NCBI GenBank assembly: GCA_963823035.1
Contig: CAWGKG010000017.1
Location: 128,001-192,000, forward strand
Direction of reading: 5' to 3'
Length of the DNA: 64,000 nt
Origin: an uncultured Gemmatimonadales bacterium
GTDB lineage: Bacteria; Gemmatimonadota; Gemmatimonadetes; Longimicrobiales; Gaopeijiaceae
In this document: in pieces, positions 32,630-42,156 of the stretch
Position numbering within the stretch: the first letter of the stretch is position 1
How the letters are laid out: every line of letters starts with the position of its first letter
Program-made: the position numbers and the translations under genes
Notes under the pieces: generated by a model
The model's database searches: none
What the model was told of the DNA's origin: nothing
What the model saw: only the letters and a program-made list of their open reading frames with translations

Positions 32630-34109
32630 TCAGTTGAAGGGCAGCACGTCCGGACGAGTTCTTGTTGGCCACCAGCACGGCGTTCATGTCGTGCAGGATC
32701 ACCGCGAGGGTGTCGCCGTCCTCGTAGGTGAAGCCGTCCAGCTGGTAGTTCTGCGGGATGAAGCTCGGCATGCGCGCCGTGAGCGCGGGCGAGCTCTCGT
32801 CCACGTTCGGGTTCGTGAGCGCCTCGTCGAGCGCGACCGGGAAGCGGATCCCCAGGTCGGTCATCCGACGCCCCTCCACCACGAAGATCTCCTGCCGCAT
32901 CAGGTACAGGAGGTAGAGCATGTCGTCGACCGTGGTGGCTCCGTCGAGCATCGCCTGCGTCACCGACGTGCCGGACACGGTCGGCACCTCGACCAGTCCG
33001 GTCGCGCGCGTCAGCACCAGCCCGGCACGCGCCTCGGCGTCCGGGCTCGCCTTCACGAGGATGTCGCTGGTGTTCGGGTAGATCCACGTGCCGCCGCGAC
33101 GGCCGCGCTGCTGCCCGCGGTCGTCGATCATCGCGGTGGGCCGCGAGGCCACGAGCCCGAGCAGCGCGCTCAGCTCGCTGCGCGCTCCGCCCACGTCGCC
33201 CTGCGACAGGTCGGCCTCGGCGATGATCAGGTAGGCTTCCTCGCCCTTCAGGATCGCGATCGGGCTCTGGTCCCCGGCCGACTCGCTGTAGTACTTGGGG
33301 AAGAGGAAGTCGAGGCGGGGCAGCGGCTGGAACTCGTCCTGCCCCGAATCGTAGATCGCGAACTGCATGGAGTTCGTCGGCCCGTCGACGTTGTCGTACT
33401 GCACCCAGCGGATGAGCGTCGGGTCGGCCGCCTTCACCTGCTGCGCCGCCGCGACCGCCGCGTCGCGGTTGCCCGCGTCGTACTGGGCGCGCGCCACGCC
33501 GAGCATCGCCGCGTTGCGCAGCGCGGCGTCGGCGGTCATCGAGGCGGCCTGCTGGAAGTCCTGCACCGCCAGCGCCAGGTGCTCGGACGGCTCCACGACC
33601 GGGCCGCCACCCTCGACCGGGAGCCCGACGAAGAGCTCGCCGCCGAGCAGGTAGGCGAAGCCGCGATGGAAGTGGAGCTGCGCCTCCATCTCGGTCGTGG
33701 ACGACGGGTCGCCCGGCAGGATCACGTTCAGCCCCTGGTCCGCCATCGCGCGCAGCCGGTGCACGTCCGCCTGGATGTTGCGCACGTCGAAGTCGGAGGC
33801 GTCGATCTGCGGGATGTCGAACACCTTGCTGAACAGCGTCCGGTTGTTGAAGAGGTTGTCCGAGACCACCTCGGTGCCCGTGATGACCGTGTTGATGGTG
33901 GCCGCGAGCTGCCGCTCGACGCCGCGGGTCCAGGAAGCCGCAGCGTTCGACGTCTCGACGAAGGTCTCCTCGGTGACCGTCGGGTTCGTGACGTGCGTGG
34001 GATCGACGAGGTCGCACCCCGCCGCGGTGGCGAGGGCGAAGACGGTGGCGGTCGCGAAGGCCCGCGTGCGCAGGGTCGTGATCCGGCTGTTCGAATCGTG
34101 GCTATGCAT
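32630..34109 (-). CDS. SusD-like lipoprotein partner of the second TonB-dependent transporter
   Basis: Lipobox AAGC, helical repeats and RQEIFVVEGRRMTDLGIRFP (SusD C-terminal-like). RBS GGAGG upstream. Native end probably DVLPFN-stop after a terminal indel. Confidence 0.75.
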
Positions 34110-34120
34110 GGCTCGGCCTC

Positions 34121-37039
34121 CTAGAACCGCACGCGGACGGTCGTGAGGAACGACCACGGGTGAGGGATCGCTCGCGTAGTTGAAGCCGCCCACGCTCGCG
34201 GCGCCCTGGCTGGCCGCGCCCGAGTGGTCGGACTCCGGGTCGAAGGACGACGTCCACCAGCCCAGCGGGTTCAGCAGCGTGATGCCGAGGTCGATGTCCC
34301 GGGCCCAGCTCCCGATGATCCCGCCCGCCAGCGAGTAGTCCGCCGAGATGCTGCGCACGCGCAGGTAGTCGGTGTTCTCCACGAAGAAGTTGGTCAGGTT
34401 GAGCCAGTTTCCCCGGATCGGTCCGGGGTTCGCCTCGAGCAACGCGGGTGGCAGCTCGGGATCGTCGATGCCGTACAGGTAGCGGAACTGCCGGTTGAAG
34501 GAGTGGAGCTGGGCGCCGGTCTGCCAGTCGGCGTGGGCCTGCAGGCGCAGGTTGCTGCCGAACGTCATCTCCAGGCCGAGCGAGCCGAAGCGGTCGGGCA
34601 GCGGTTTGCCGAGGTACTGCAGGAGCTCGGTCTTGGCGATGGTGCCGTCCGCGTTGAGCGTCGAGGAGGTGCCGCGCAGCGCGCCCACCGGCCAGCCCTC
34701 CTTCACCACGGACTCCACGGTCGAGGAGCTGAAGCCGCTGATGCCGAACACCGGTGAGCCGCCCGCGTCGATGACCTCGTTGTGGAGCGTGTTGTACGAC
34801 GCGGTCAGGCGGGCCGTCACCGACTGCGTACGGACCACGTCGCCCACGATCTGGATCTCGACGCCGTTGTTCGCGATCTCGCCGACGTTGCGTAGCTGGG
34901 TCCCCTCGCCCGAAGAGGGCGGAGACGGCACGAGGAAGAGGGCGTCGCGCGTGCGCGCGTCGTACCAGTTGACCTGCAGCGTGAGGCGGCCGGTGAGCGC
35001 CTGGAGCTCGCCACCGAGCTCGACCGTGTGGGTCTTCTCGGGCTTGAGGTCGGGGTTGCCGGGCTGGCCGAAGGCGGCGGTCTGGTCGCCGAGATAGGAG
35101 GCGAACGACACGGTGCGGTCGTTGGCGAACGGCGGCGGGAAGTTGCCCGCCACGCCGTAGTTGCCGCGCAGGCGCAGGCTGGAGATCGCCCGCGACGGAC
35201 ACGTTGTCGCGGAAGAAGGACTCGGATCCGATGTCGTACGAGAAGCCGATCTTCGGGTAGTACTGCAGGCCCACCTGGTCGCCGAACGCGGAGTTGCCGT
35301 CCGCCCGCAGCCCGACGTCGAGGAAGTAGCGGTCGTACAGGCCCAGGTTCTCCTGCGCGTACACGCCGTAGTTCACGAGCTGGCTGTGGTAGTCGTCCGC
35401 CGTGGTCGATCCCGCCCCGCGCACGGTCTCGCTGCCGTCGCGGACGTTGAGCGCGACGCGCGAGGACTGGTCGTCGTCGTTGCGGAAGAGCTGGGCGCCG
35501 CCGCTGGTGACCAGCGACAGCGGACCGCTCGTGTAGCGGTGCTGGCCCGAGCCCTCGAGGGTGAGCCCGAGGAAGCGCCGGTCGTAGCTCGAGATGCTCC
35601 CGCGGTCGTCCGTGCCCTCGGGATAGACCTTCGTGAAGATCAGGAACTCGTTGGTCTCGATGCCGCGCTCGTTGCTCACGCGGCTGTCGAGGCCGACGGT
35701 CGCGTTGAAGGTGAGGTCCTTGGCCGGCTCCCAACGGAACGCGTTGGACATCTGGTAGCGCGAGACCTCCACGCGGTAGTTCTGGAGCGCCTCGGCCCCG
35801 GTCAGGAAGGTGCGCAGGTCGTTGAGCTCGCTCGGCGTGGCCTCGTTGAGCTTGTTGTTGAAGCCCAGCGCGAAGATGCGCCCGCCCTCCAGGAGCCAGA
35901 GCGGGGTGTAGCCTCCGGCGTTTCCGTCGCGGGTGCGGTCGTAGTGGTTCCACCCGAAACCGAACGAGCCCGTGTACTGCAGGTTCTCGCGGATGCGCGC
36001 CGTGAGGCCCGTACGGGCCTGGTAGCTGCGCGATCCGTTGTTGGCGATGCGGTACCCGGCGCGGTCGTGCAGGCTGCCGCCGAAGGACCACGTCACGTTC
36101 TCGTTGCCCCCGTCCGCGGAGAGGCGGTACTGCTGCGTGAGCCCGTTGCGGTAGAGGAGGTCGGCGGTCTGCGGGAAGAAGAACGCCTTCTTGACCGGGG
36201 CCTCGAAGCCGATCTCGGTCTCCACGGACATCCGCGTGGGTCCGGGCGTCCCCTTCTTCGTGAAGATCTGGATGACGCCGTTCGCGGCGTCCGACCCGTA
36301 CAGCGTCGTGGCGGCGCCGCCCGGGACGTACTCGATGCGATCGATGTTCTCGAGCGGGATGTCCGCGATGGAGGAGGTCTGCGTCCCCTGGCGCCGGTTC
36401 CCCGACACGTTGAGCGAGAGCTCGGCCATCGTGTTCAGGTTGTCCACCCGCACCCCGTCCACGTAGATGACCGGCGTGGTCGACCGACTCACCGACACGG
36501 GCCCACGCCCGCGCGTGACGGAGGTCGCGCCGGGCTGTCCGGAGCTCAGGCGAACCTGGACGGAGGGGAGCGCGGTCTGCAGGAGCTGGTCCAGCCGCGA
36601 CGCCGAGGAGGCCTCGATCGCGTCGGACGAGATCACGTCGATGTTCGTGGAGAGCCGCCGCCTGGAGATCTCCGCACCCTGCCCCGTCACGACGATCGGG
36701 TCGAGCTCCATCGCCTGCTCCTCGAGCTCGAGGTCGAGCGCCAGCGCCTGACCCGCGGTCACGGAGACCGTGCGGGAGACGCCGCGCGAAACCGAGCGCC
36801 TGGGTGACGAGCGTGTACTCGCCGGGGGCGACCCAGTGAGGACGTAGGCCCCGCCATCTCCGCTGAGCGCCGAGATCCCCTGACCGTCCAGGGACACCTC
36901 GACCCCGCTCAGGGGCTGCCCTCCGAAGGTGGAGGTGATGCGGCCCTGGATCGAGCCGGTGCTCTGGGCGCGGAGGGGAGCGGCGATCGCCAGCGCCCCG
37001 ACGAGCAGCCGGGACGAGGACGCGGACTCTTCGGAACAT
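34121..37039 (-). CDS. SusC-like TonB-dependent outer-membrane transporter (several frameshifts)
   Basis: Signal peptide, plug PVIYVDGVR..IDRIEYVPGGAATTLYGSDAANGVIQIFTKKG, LRADGNSAFG, GNPDLKPEKT and terminal VRVRF-stop. Confidence 0.88.
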
Positions 37040-37123
37040 GGCAGATGCTCCTGGGCAGAGAGACGCCGGCTCGGAGGGGGCGTCGACCTCCCGAACCTCC
37101 CCCCGACTGCGGATTTCGGAGCC

Positions 37124-37152
37124 ATCGTATGCAGTATAAGATATGGAGTCAA
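37124..37152 (-). promoter_or_regulatory. sigma70 promoter of susC2 with putative GntR operator 3 overlapping the -10 and spacer
   Basis: TTGACT-17 nt-TACGAT on the minus strand. Plus strand reads CGTATGC AGTATAA GATATGG (three 7-nt units). Confidence 0.72.
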
Positions 37153-37238
37153 GCACCTTCTCCGACTCGTTGCCGACCTGCACTTTCAGGGTAGACAAAC
37201 CGGGGATCTCGCGCCGCTTCGCACGAAGGGAGTCGAAC

Positions 37239-38345
37239 ATGACGGTCATCGCTCTTGCCCTCCGCAGCACGCGATTCGCCGCCTCCGCGGCCCGGATCGC
37301 GGGCGCCTTCGCGGTGGTCCTCGGGCTGGTCCCCGCCACCCTCTCCGGGCAGCAGCCGGGCCCCACGAACACCCTCACCGACGTGGCCGGCATCAAGGTC
37401 GGCAGCTATCAGCGCGTCGAGGGCGGCTACAGGACCGGCACCACGGTCATCCGCACCGAGACTGGCGCGACGGCCAGCATCAACGTGCAGGGCGGCGCCC
37501 CGGGAACGCGCGAGACGGACCTCCTGGCGCCGGGCGGCCTGGTCACCAAGGTGAACGCGATCGTGCTGAGCGGGGGAAGCGCCTACGGGTTGGACGCGGC
37601 GACCGGCGTGATGCGTTGGATGGAGGAGCACGGGTTCGGCTTCCCGGTGGGTCAGGGCGTCGTGCCGATCGTGCCCGCGGCCATCCTCTTCGACCTCGGC
37701 CGGGGTGGGGACTTCTCGAAGCGGCCCGACGCGGACTTCGGCTACATGGCGGCCGACGCGGCCACGGACGCGGCCGTGGCGATCGGGCGCGCCGGGGCCG
37801 GGACGGGCGCGCGCTACGGCCTCGGGTCGGCGAGCGTGGTGCTCCCGAACGGGTACACGGTGGGCGCGATCGTGGGGCTGAACCCGGCCGGCTCGGCCGT
37901 GAACCCCGAGACGTGCCGTCCCGTACGGCGACTTCCTCGAGCTGGACGGCGAGTTCCACCTCGTCGCGCCCGATCGCGGCGGAGTGCGAGGCATCGAGGA
38001 ACGCACCTCCCGGACGCGGCGAGAGCTTCAACACGACGATCGCGCTCGTGGCCACGGACGCGCCTCTCGACCAGACGCAGGTCCAGCGGATGGCGATGGT
38101 GGCGAACAGCGGGCTGGCGCGCTCCATCCGCCCGATCCACGGCATGGGCGACGGCGACGCGGTGTTCGGGATGGCCACCACCGACCCGGCGCCGGGGTCC
38201 ACGGTCTCGCTCCAGGATCTCCAGGCGATCTACAACGCCGCCTCGGACGCGCTCGGCCGCGCGGTCGTGCACGCGCTCCTGGAGGGTGGCGTCTACTGCG
38301 ACCAGTTCCCCAGCGCCTGCGGAACCGCGCCGCCGGAAGCACTGA
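37239..38345 (+). CDS. Exported P1/S58 (DmpA/OAT superfamily) Ntn-like amidohydrolase of NylC/ThnT type (frameshift near 37915), candidate pantetheine hydrolase
   Basis: Signal peptide, NTLTDVAGIKVG, GGAPGTRETDLL, LSGGSAYGL, VPIVPAAILFDL, GAGTGA, autocleavage-type NTTIALVATDA and GDGDAVF. End position uncertain (38345-38452). Confidence 0.85.
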   Translation: MTVIALALRSTRFAASAARIAGAFAVVLGLVPATLSGQQPGPTNTLTDVAGIKVGSYQRVEGGYRTGTTVIRTETGATASINVQGGAPGTRETDLLAPGGLVTKVNAIVLSGGSAYGLDAATGVMRWMEEHGFGFPVGQGVVPIVPAAILFDLGRGGDFSKRPDADFGYMAADAATDAAVAIGRAGAGTGARYGLGSASVVLPNGYTVGAIVGLNPAGSAVNPETCRPVRRLPRAGRRVPPRRARSRRSARHRGTHLPDAARASTRRSRSWPRTRLSTRRRSSGWRWWRTAGWRAPSARSTAWATATRCSGWPPPTRRRGPRSRSRISRRSTTPPRTRSAARSCTRSWRVASTATSSPAPAEPRRRKH

Positions 38346-38396
38346 GGCGGAAGGAGCGTCGCGGGACCGAGGCCGGTTCGGCGCCTGCGTGGCTAT

Positions 38397-38410
38397 TGTA
38401 TGCTATATTC
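38397..38410 (+). promoter_or_regulatory. Putative GntR/FCD operator 4, overlapping an extended -10 of the gntR gene
   Basis: TGTATGC TATATTC. TGnTATATT resembles an extended -10. About 54 nt upstream of the gntR ATG. Confidence 0.6.
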
Positions 38411-38463
38411 TCGCGCCGTCACGAGTTGCCCCCGGTTCACCGTTCTTCGTGAAAGCCGAGACC

Positions 38464-39117
38464 ATGACCCGCAGCCCTTGGCCCAAGGTTTCCCAGGTGA
38501 CGCTGGCGGACCAGGCGTACGCCGCCATCCGGGCCCGTATCCTGAGCGCGGACATGGCACCCGGGGAGTTCGTGCGGGAGCAGGACGTGAGCGAAGCGCT
38601 GGGCGTGAGCAGGACGCCCGTGCGTGAGGCGCTGGGCCGGCTGGCGAGCGAGGGGTTCCTCGAGCGCATCCCGCACCGCGGCTTCCGCGTCCCGGACGAG
38701 GCGGTGGGCACGCTGCTCGAGCTCTACCCGATCGTGTCGGCGCTGGACCTCCTGGCCGGCAGGCTCGCCCTTCCCCGGCTGAAGCGGGACACCATCGCGC
38801 GCCTGCGCGACCTCAACCGGCGCCTCTCCGAGAGCGAGGACAGCGACGACGTCCGGCAGCGCATCGAGCTCAACAACGAGTTCCACCACGTGATCTGCGA
38901 GCAGAGCGGTAGCCAGCGCCTCACCGAGCTGCTGGACGACCTGCGCAGCCAGGTGACCCGGCTGGAGATCTGGTACTACTCGCAGCGCTCGCGCACCGAC
39001 GAGTCCGTGGCGGACCACGACGCGCTCATCGAGGCCATCGAGGCGGGCGACCACGAACGAGCGCTCGAGCTGCTCGAGCACAACATGGCGCTCACGCTCA
39101 AGCGCCTGGCCGAGTGA
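38464..39117 (+). CDS. GntR family regulator with FCD ligand-binding domain
   Basis: LGVSRTPVREAL HTH, IPHRGFRV, NNEFHHVI and DHDALIEAI. Confidence 0.93.
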   Translation: MTRSPWPKVSQVTLADQAYAAIRARILSADMAPGEFVREQDVSEALGVSRTPVREALGRLASEGFLERIPHRGFRVPDEAVGTLLELYPIVSALDLLAGRLALPRLKRDTIARLRDLNRRLSESEDSDDVRQRIELNNEFHHVICEQSGSQRLTELLDDLRSQVTRLEIWYYSQRSRTDESVADHDALIEAIEAGDHERALELLEHNMALTLKRLAE

Positions 39118-39123
39118 CGCCCC

Positions 39124-40452
39124 TCAGTCGCTGACGGCGCGGCAGGCGCGGCCCAGGCGGGCCAGCGCCTCGGCGGTCTCCTCTTCCGTGATCAGCATGG
39201 ACGGACCGATCCGAACCACCTGGCCGTGGAGCCCGCCCGTGCCGATGAGGAGGCCCTCCTCCTTCGCGGCCTGCTGCAGCGCCTTCGTCCGTCCCGGATC
39301 GGGCTCGCGGCTCGCGCGGTCCTTCACCACCTCGAGGGCCTGCATCAGCCCCATGCCGCGGACCTCCCCGATCCACCGGCACTCGTTGGCGAGGAGCTCG
39401 AGGCCGGCGCGGAGCTGACGTCCCCGCTCCTCCGAGCGGGTGGGCACGTCCTCCTCGATCATCACGTCCAGGGTGGCCCCCGCGGCGGCCATCGACACGG
39501 GGTTGCCCCCGAACGTCGAGATGGAGGGGGAGCCCCACGCCTCGGCGATCTCGTCGCGCGCGAGGGTGGCGCCCACCGGGAAGCCGTTGGCGATCCCCTT
39601 GGCCATGATCATCAGGTCGGGCTCCACCGCGTCGTGCTGGCACCCGAACCAGTGCGTGCCCGTGCGGCCGAATCCGGTCTGCACCTCGTCGCAGATGAAC
39701 ACGCCGCCGTAGCTGCGGATCACCTCGGCCGCGCGGGCCAGGTAGCCGGCCGGGGGCACGACGAAGCCGCCGACCCCCTGGATCGCCTCGACCAGCAGGG
39801 CGGCGGGGCGACGCGACGTGGTCGTCTCGATGACCTCGACCAGGTCGTCGATGAAGTACGCGGTCTGCTCCTCCTCGGTGGCGTCCGGCCCCAGGGGGGA
39901 GCGGTAGGGGTTGGGCGACTTCGCGTGGCTGACGCCCGCCACGGTCCCCGCCACCGGCCGCCAGCTGCCGTGGCCGGTGATCCCGGCCGCGAGCGTGCTC
40001 CTCCCCGAGTAGGCGTGGCGCAGCGCCACGATCTCCGTCCGGCCCGTGTACACGCACGCCGCCGTGATCGCCGTCTCCACCGCCTCGGTGCCGCTGTTCG
40101 TGAAGGCGACCCGGGTCAGCCCCGCGGGCGCGATGCGCACCAGCCGATCGCCGACCTCGACCTGCCCCTCGGTCAGGTACAGCGTGGAGGTGTGCCCCAG
40201 TCGCTGCATCTGCTCGTGCACGGCCTCCGTGACACGCGGATGGCAGTGCCCGATGGACGTGGTGAGGATCCCGGCGAAGAAGTCGAGATACTCCCTCCCC
40301 TGGACGTCCTTCACCCAGACCCCCTGCGCGCTCTCGAGCGCGATGGGCTCCGCGTAGTAGGGCCTCACCCACGGGAAGAGGCGTGCGCGGTGCGCGTCCA
40401 GGATCTCCTCGTCGGAGCGGATCACCGTGGCCGGGGCGCTGTTCGGGGTCAC
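39124..40452 (-). CDS. Class III PLP aminotransferase (AGXT2/beta-alanine transaminase-like)
   Basis: YLDFFAGILT..GHCHP, NSGTEAVE, FICDEVQTGFGRTG, MAKG (PLP Lys) and STFGGNP. Directly downstream of mmsA. Confidence 0.9.
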   Translation of the reverse strand: MTPNSAPATVIRSDEEILDAHRARLFPWVRPYYAEPIALESAQGVWVKDVQGREYLDFFAGILTTSIGHCHPRVTEAVHEQMQRLGHTSTLYLTEGQVEVGDRLVRIAPAGLTRVAFTNSGTEAVETAITAACVYTGRTEIVALRHAYSGRSTLAAGITGHGSWRPVAGTVAGVSHAKSPNPYRSPLGPDATEEEQTAYFIDDLVEVIETTTSRRPAALLVEAIQGVGGFVVPPAGYLARAAEVIRSYGGVFICDEVQTGFGRTGTHWFGCQHDAVEPDLMIMAKGIANGFPVGATLARDEIAEAWGSPSISTFGGNPVSMAAAGATLDVMIEEDVPTRSEERGRQLRAGLELLANECRWIGEVRGMGLMQALEVVKDRASREPDPGRTKALQQAAKEEGLLIGTGGLHGQVVRIGPSMLITEEETAEALARLGRACRAVSD

Positions 40453-40469
40453 GTCCACCTCCAGGGAGG

Positions 40470-41950
40470 TCACCACCGCGAGATCACCACGCGCTGGTCC
40501 GTGAAGAAGGAGATCGCATCCTTGCCCTGGGCGCGCAGGTCGCCGAAGAACGAGGCCCGGGACCCGCCGAAGGGAAAGAAGGCCATCGGGGCCGCGACGC
40601 CGATGTTGACGCCGATCATGCTGATCCCGGCCTGGTAGCGGAACTCCCGCGCCGCCCGCCCGCTCGTGGTGAAGATCGAGCAGGCATTGCCGTACGCGAC
40701 GCGGTGCATCAGCTCGATGGCTTCCTCGAACGACCCCACCTCGGTGAGCCCCGCCACGGGCCGAAGATCTCCTCACGGCCGACCGACATCTCCGGGCTCA
40801 CGTTCTCGAGGATCGTGGGGCCCACCCAGTGCCCGTGGGGAAGACCCTCGACCTCGTAGCCTCTCCCGTCGAGGAGCACGCTGGCGCCTTCCCGCTGCCC
40901 CGCGTCGATGAAGCCCTCCACGCGCTCCCGGTGCTTCGCCGAGATGACCGGCCCCATGAACGTGTCGGGGTCGAGGCCGCGGCCGACCTTGATGGGCGCG
41001 GCCTGCTCGTGGACGCGCTCGCGAACGGCGGCGTAGGCCTCGCCCACCCCGACGATCTGGCTGCCCGCGAGGCAGCGCTGCCCGGCGGACCCGTACACCG
41101 AGCCGATCACCGCCTCGGTCGTCAGGTCGAGGTCCGCGTCGGGGAGGACGATCATGTGGTTCTTCGCGCCGCCCAGCGCCTGGACGCGCTTCCCCGAGGC
41201 CGCCGCGCGCGCGTAGATGATCCGGGCGATCTGGCTCGAGCCGACGAACGAGATCCCCTTCACGTCCGGGTGGTCGAGAAGCGCCTCCGTCGCGACCCGG
41301 TCGCCGTGGACGACGTTGAGCACGCCCGCGGGAAGGCCCGCCTCCATCGCCAGGTCGACGATCTTCTGGTGCGTGAGCGGGTCCTGCTCGCTCGGCTTCA
41401 GCACGAAGGTGTTCCCGGTGGCGACCGCGTACGGCCAGAACCACATCGGGATCATGACCGGGAAGTTGTACGGCGTGATGCCGGCGAAGACCCCGAGCGG
41501 CTGCCGGATGGACTCGCAGTCGATGCCGCGCGCCACGTCCTCCACGGTGTCGCCCATCATGAGCGTGGGCACGCCGCAGGCGTGCTCGACGTTCTCGATG
41601 CCGCGCTGGATCTCGCCCAGCGTCTCGGCGACGTTCTTCCCGTGCTCCCGGCTCAGGTCGCGCGCGAGGTCGTGCTTGCGCTCGTCCATGATCGCCTTGA
41701 AGCGGAAGAGCACGCGCGCGCGCTCCACCGCCGGCGTCGCCCTCCAGGCAGGAAAGGCGTCCCTCGCCGCCTGCACCGCGGCGTCCACGTCCTCGGCGGT
41801 CGAGAGCGGGACGTGCCCGAGGATCTCACCGGTGGCCGGGTCCGTAACGTCGAGCGTGCTCGTGCCGGACGCCGGCACCCACATGCCGCCGATGAAGTTG
41901 CGGATGGGCGTACCGGATCCTCCGGCGGTGCCCGTGGTGGCTGGGCTCAT
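40470..41950 (-). CDS. mmsA: CoA-acylating (methyl)malonate-semialdehyde dehydrogenase (frameshift near 40755)
   Basis: [56 protein letters not shown] and [17 protein letters not shown]. Confidence 0.92.
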
Positions 41951-42056
41951 GGCGAAGCGCGGCTCCTTCCTGCCGATTCTGCTCAGGGTGGAGAGGGCCG
42001 GAGAAGCGCGGCCGGACCCCGGAGAAACGCCCATCGGACGAGGCACGGGCGGATTT

Positions 42057-42095
42057 TGTAGATTGTATGTAATGTGTCCCCTCGGGCGCTGTCAA
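42057..42095 (-). promoter_or_regulatory. Promoter of mmsA-aminotransferase with putative GntR operator 5
   Basis: TTGACA at 42090-42095 (minus), then AT-rich TTACATACAAT 17 nt later. Plus strand reads TGTAGAT TGTATGT at 42057-42070. Confidence 0.62.
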
Positions 42096-42156
42096 CGTCG
42101 CGGCTCAGCGGTCCTTCCACGACCCCGCGACCTGCTCTGTCGCGGCGACGAGGGGC

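Noticed and set aside
32313..35153. 946-aa ORF appearing to fuse the SusC barrel to SusD
   Set aside because: An indel near 34160 bypasses the native SusC end (VRVRF-TAG at 34121). SusD has its own RBS, ATG (34109) and lipobox.
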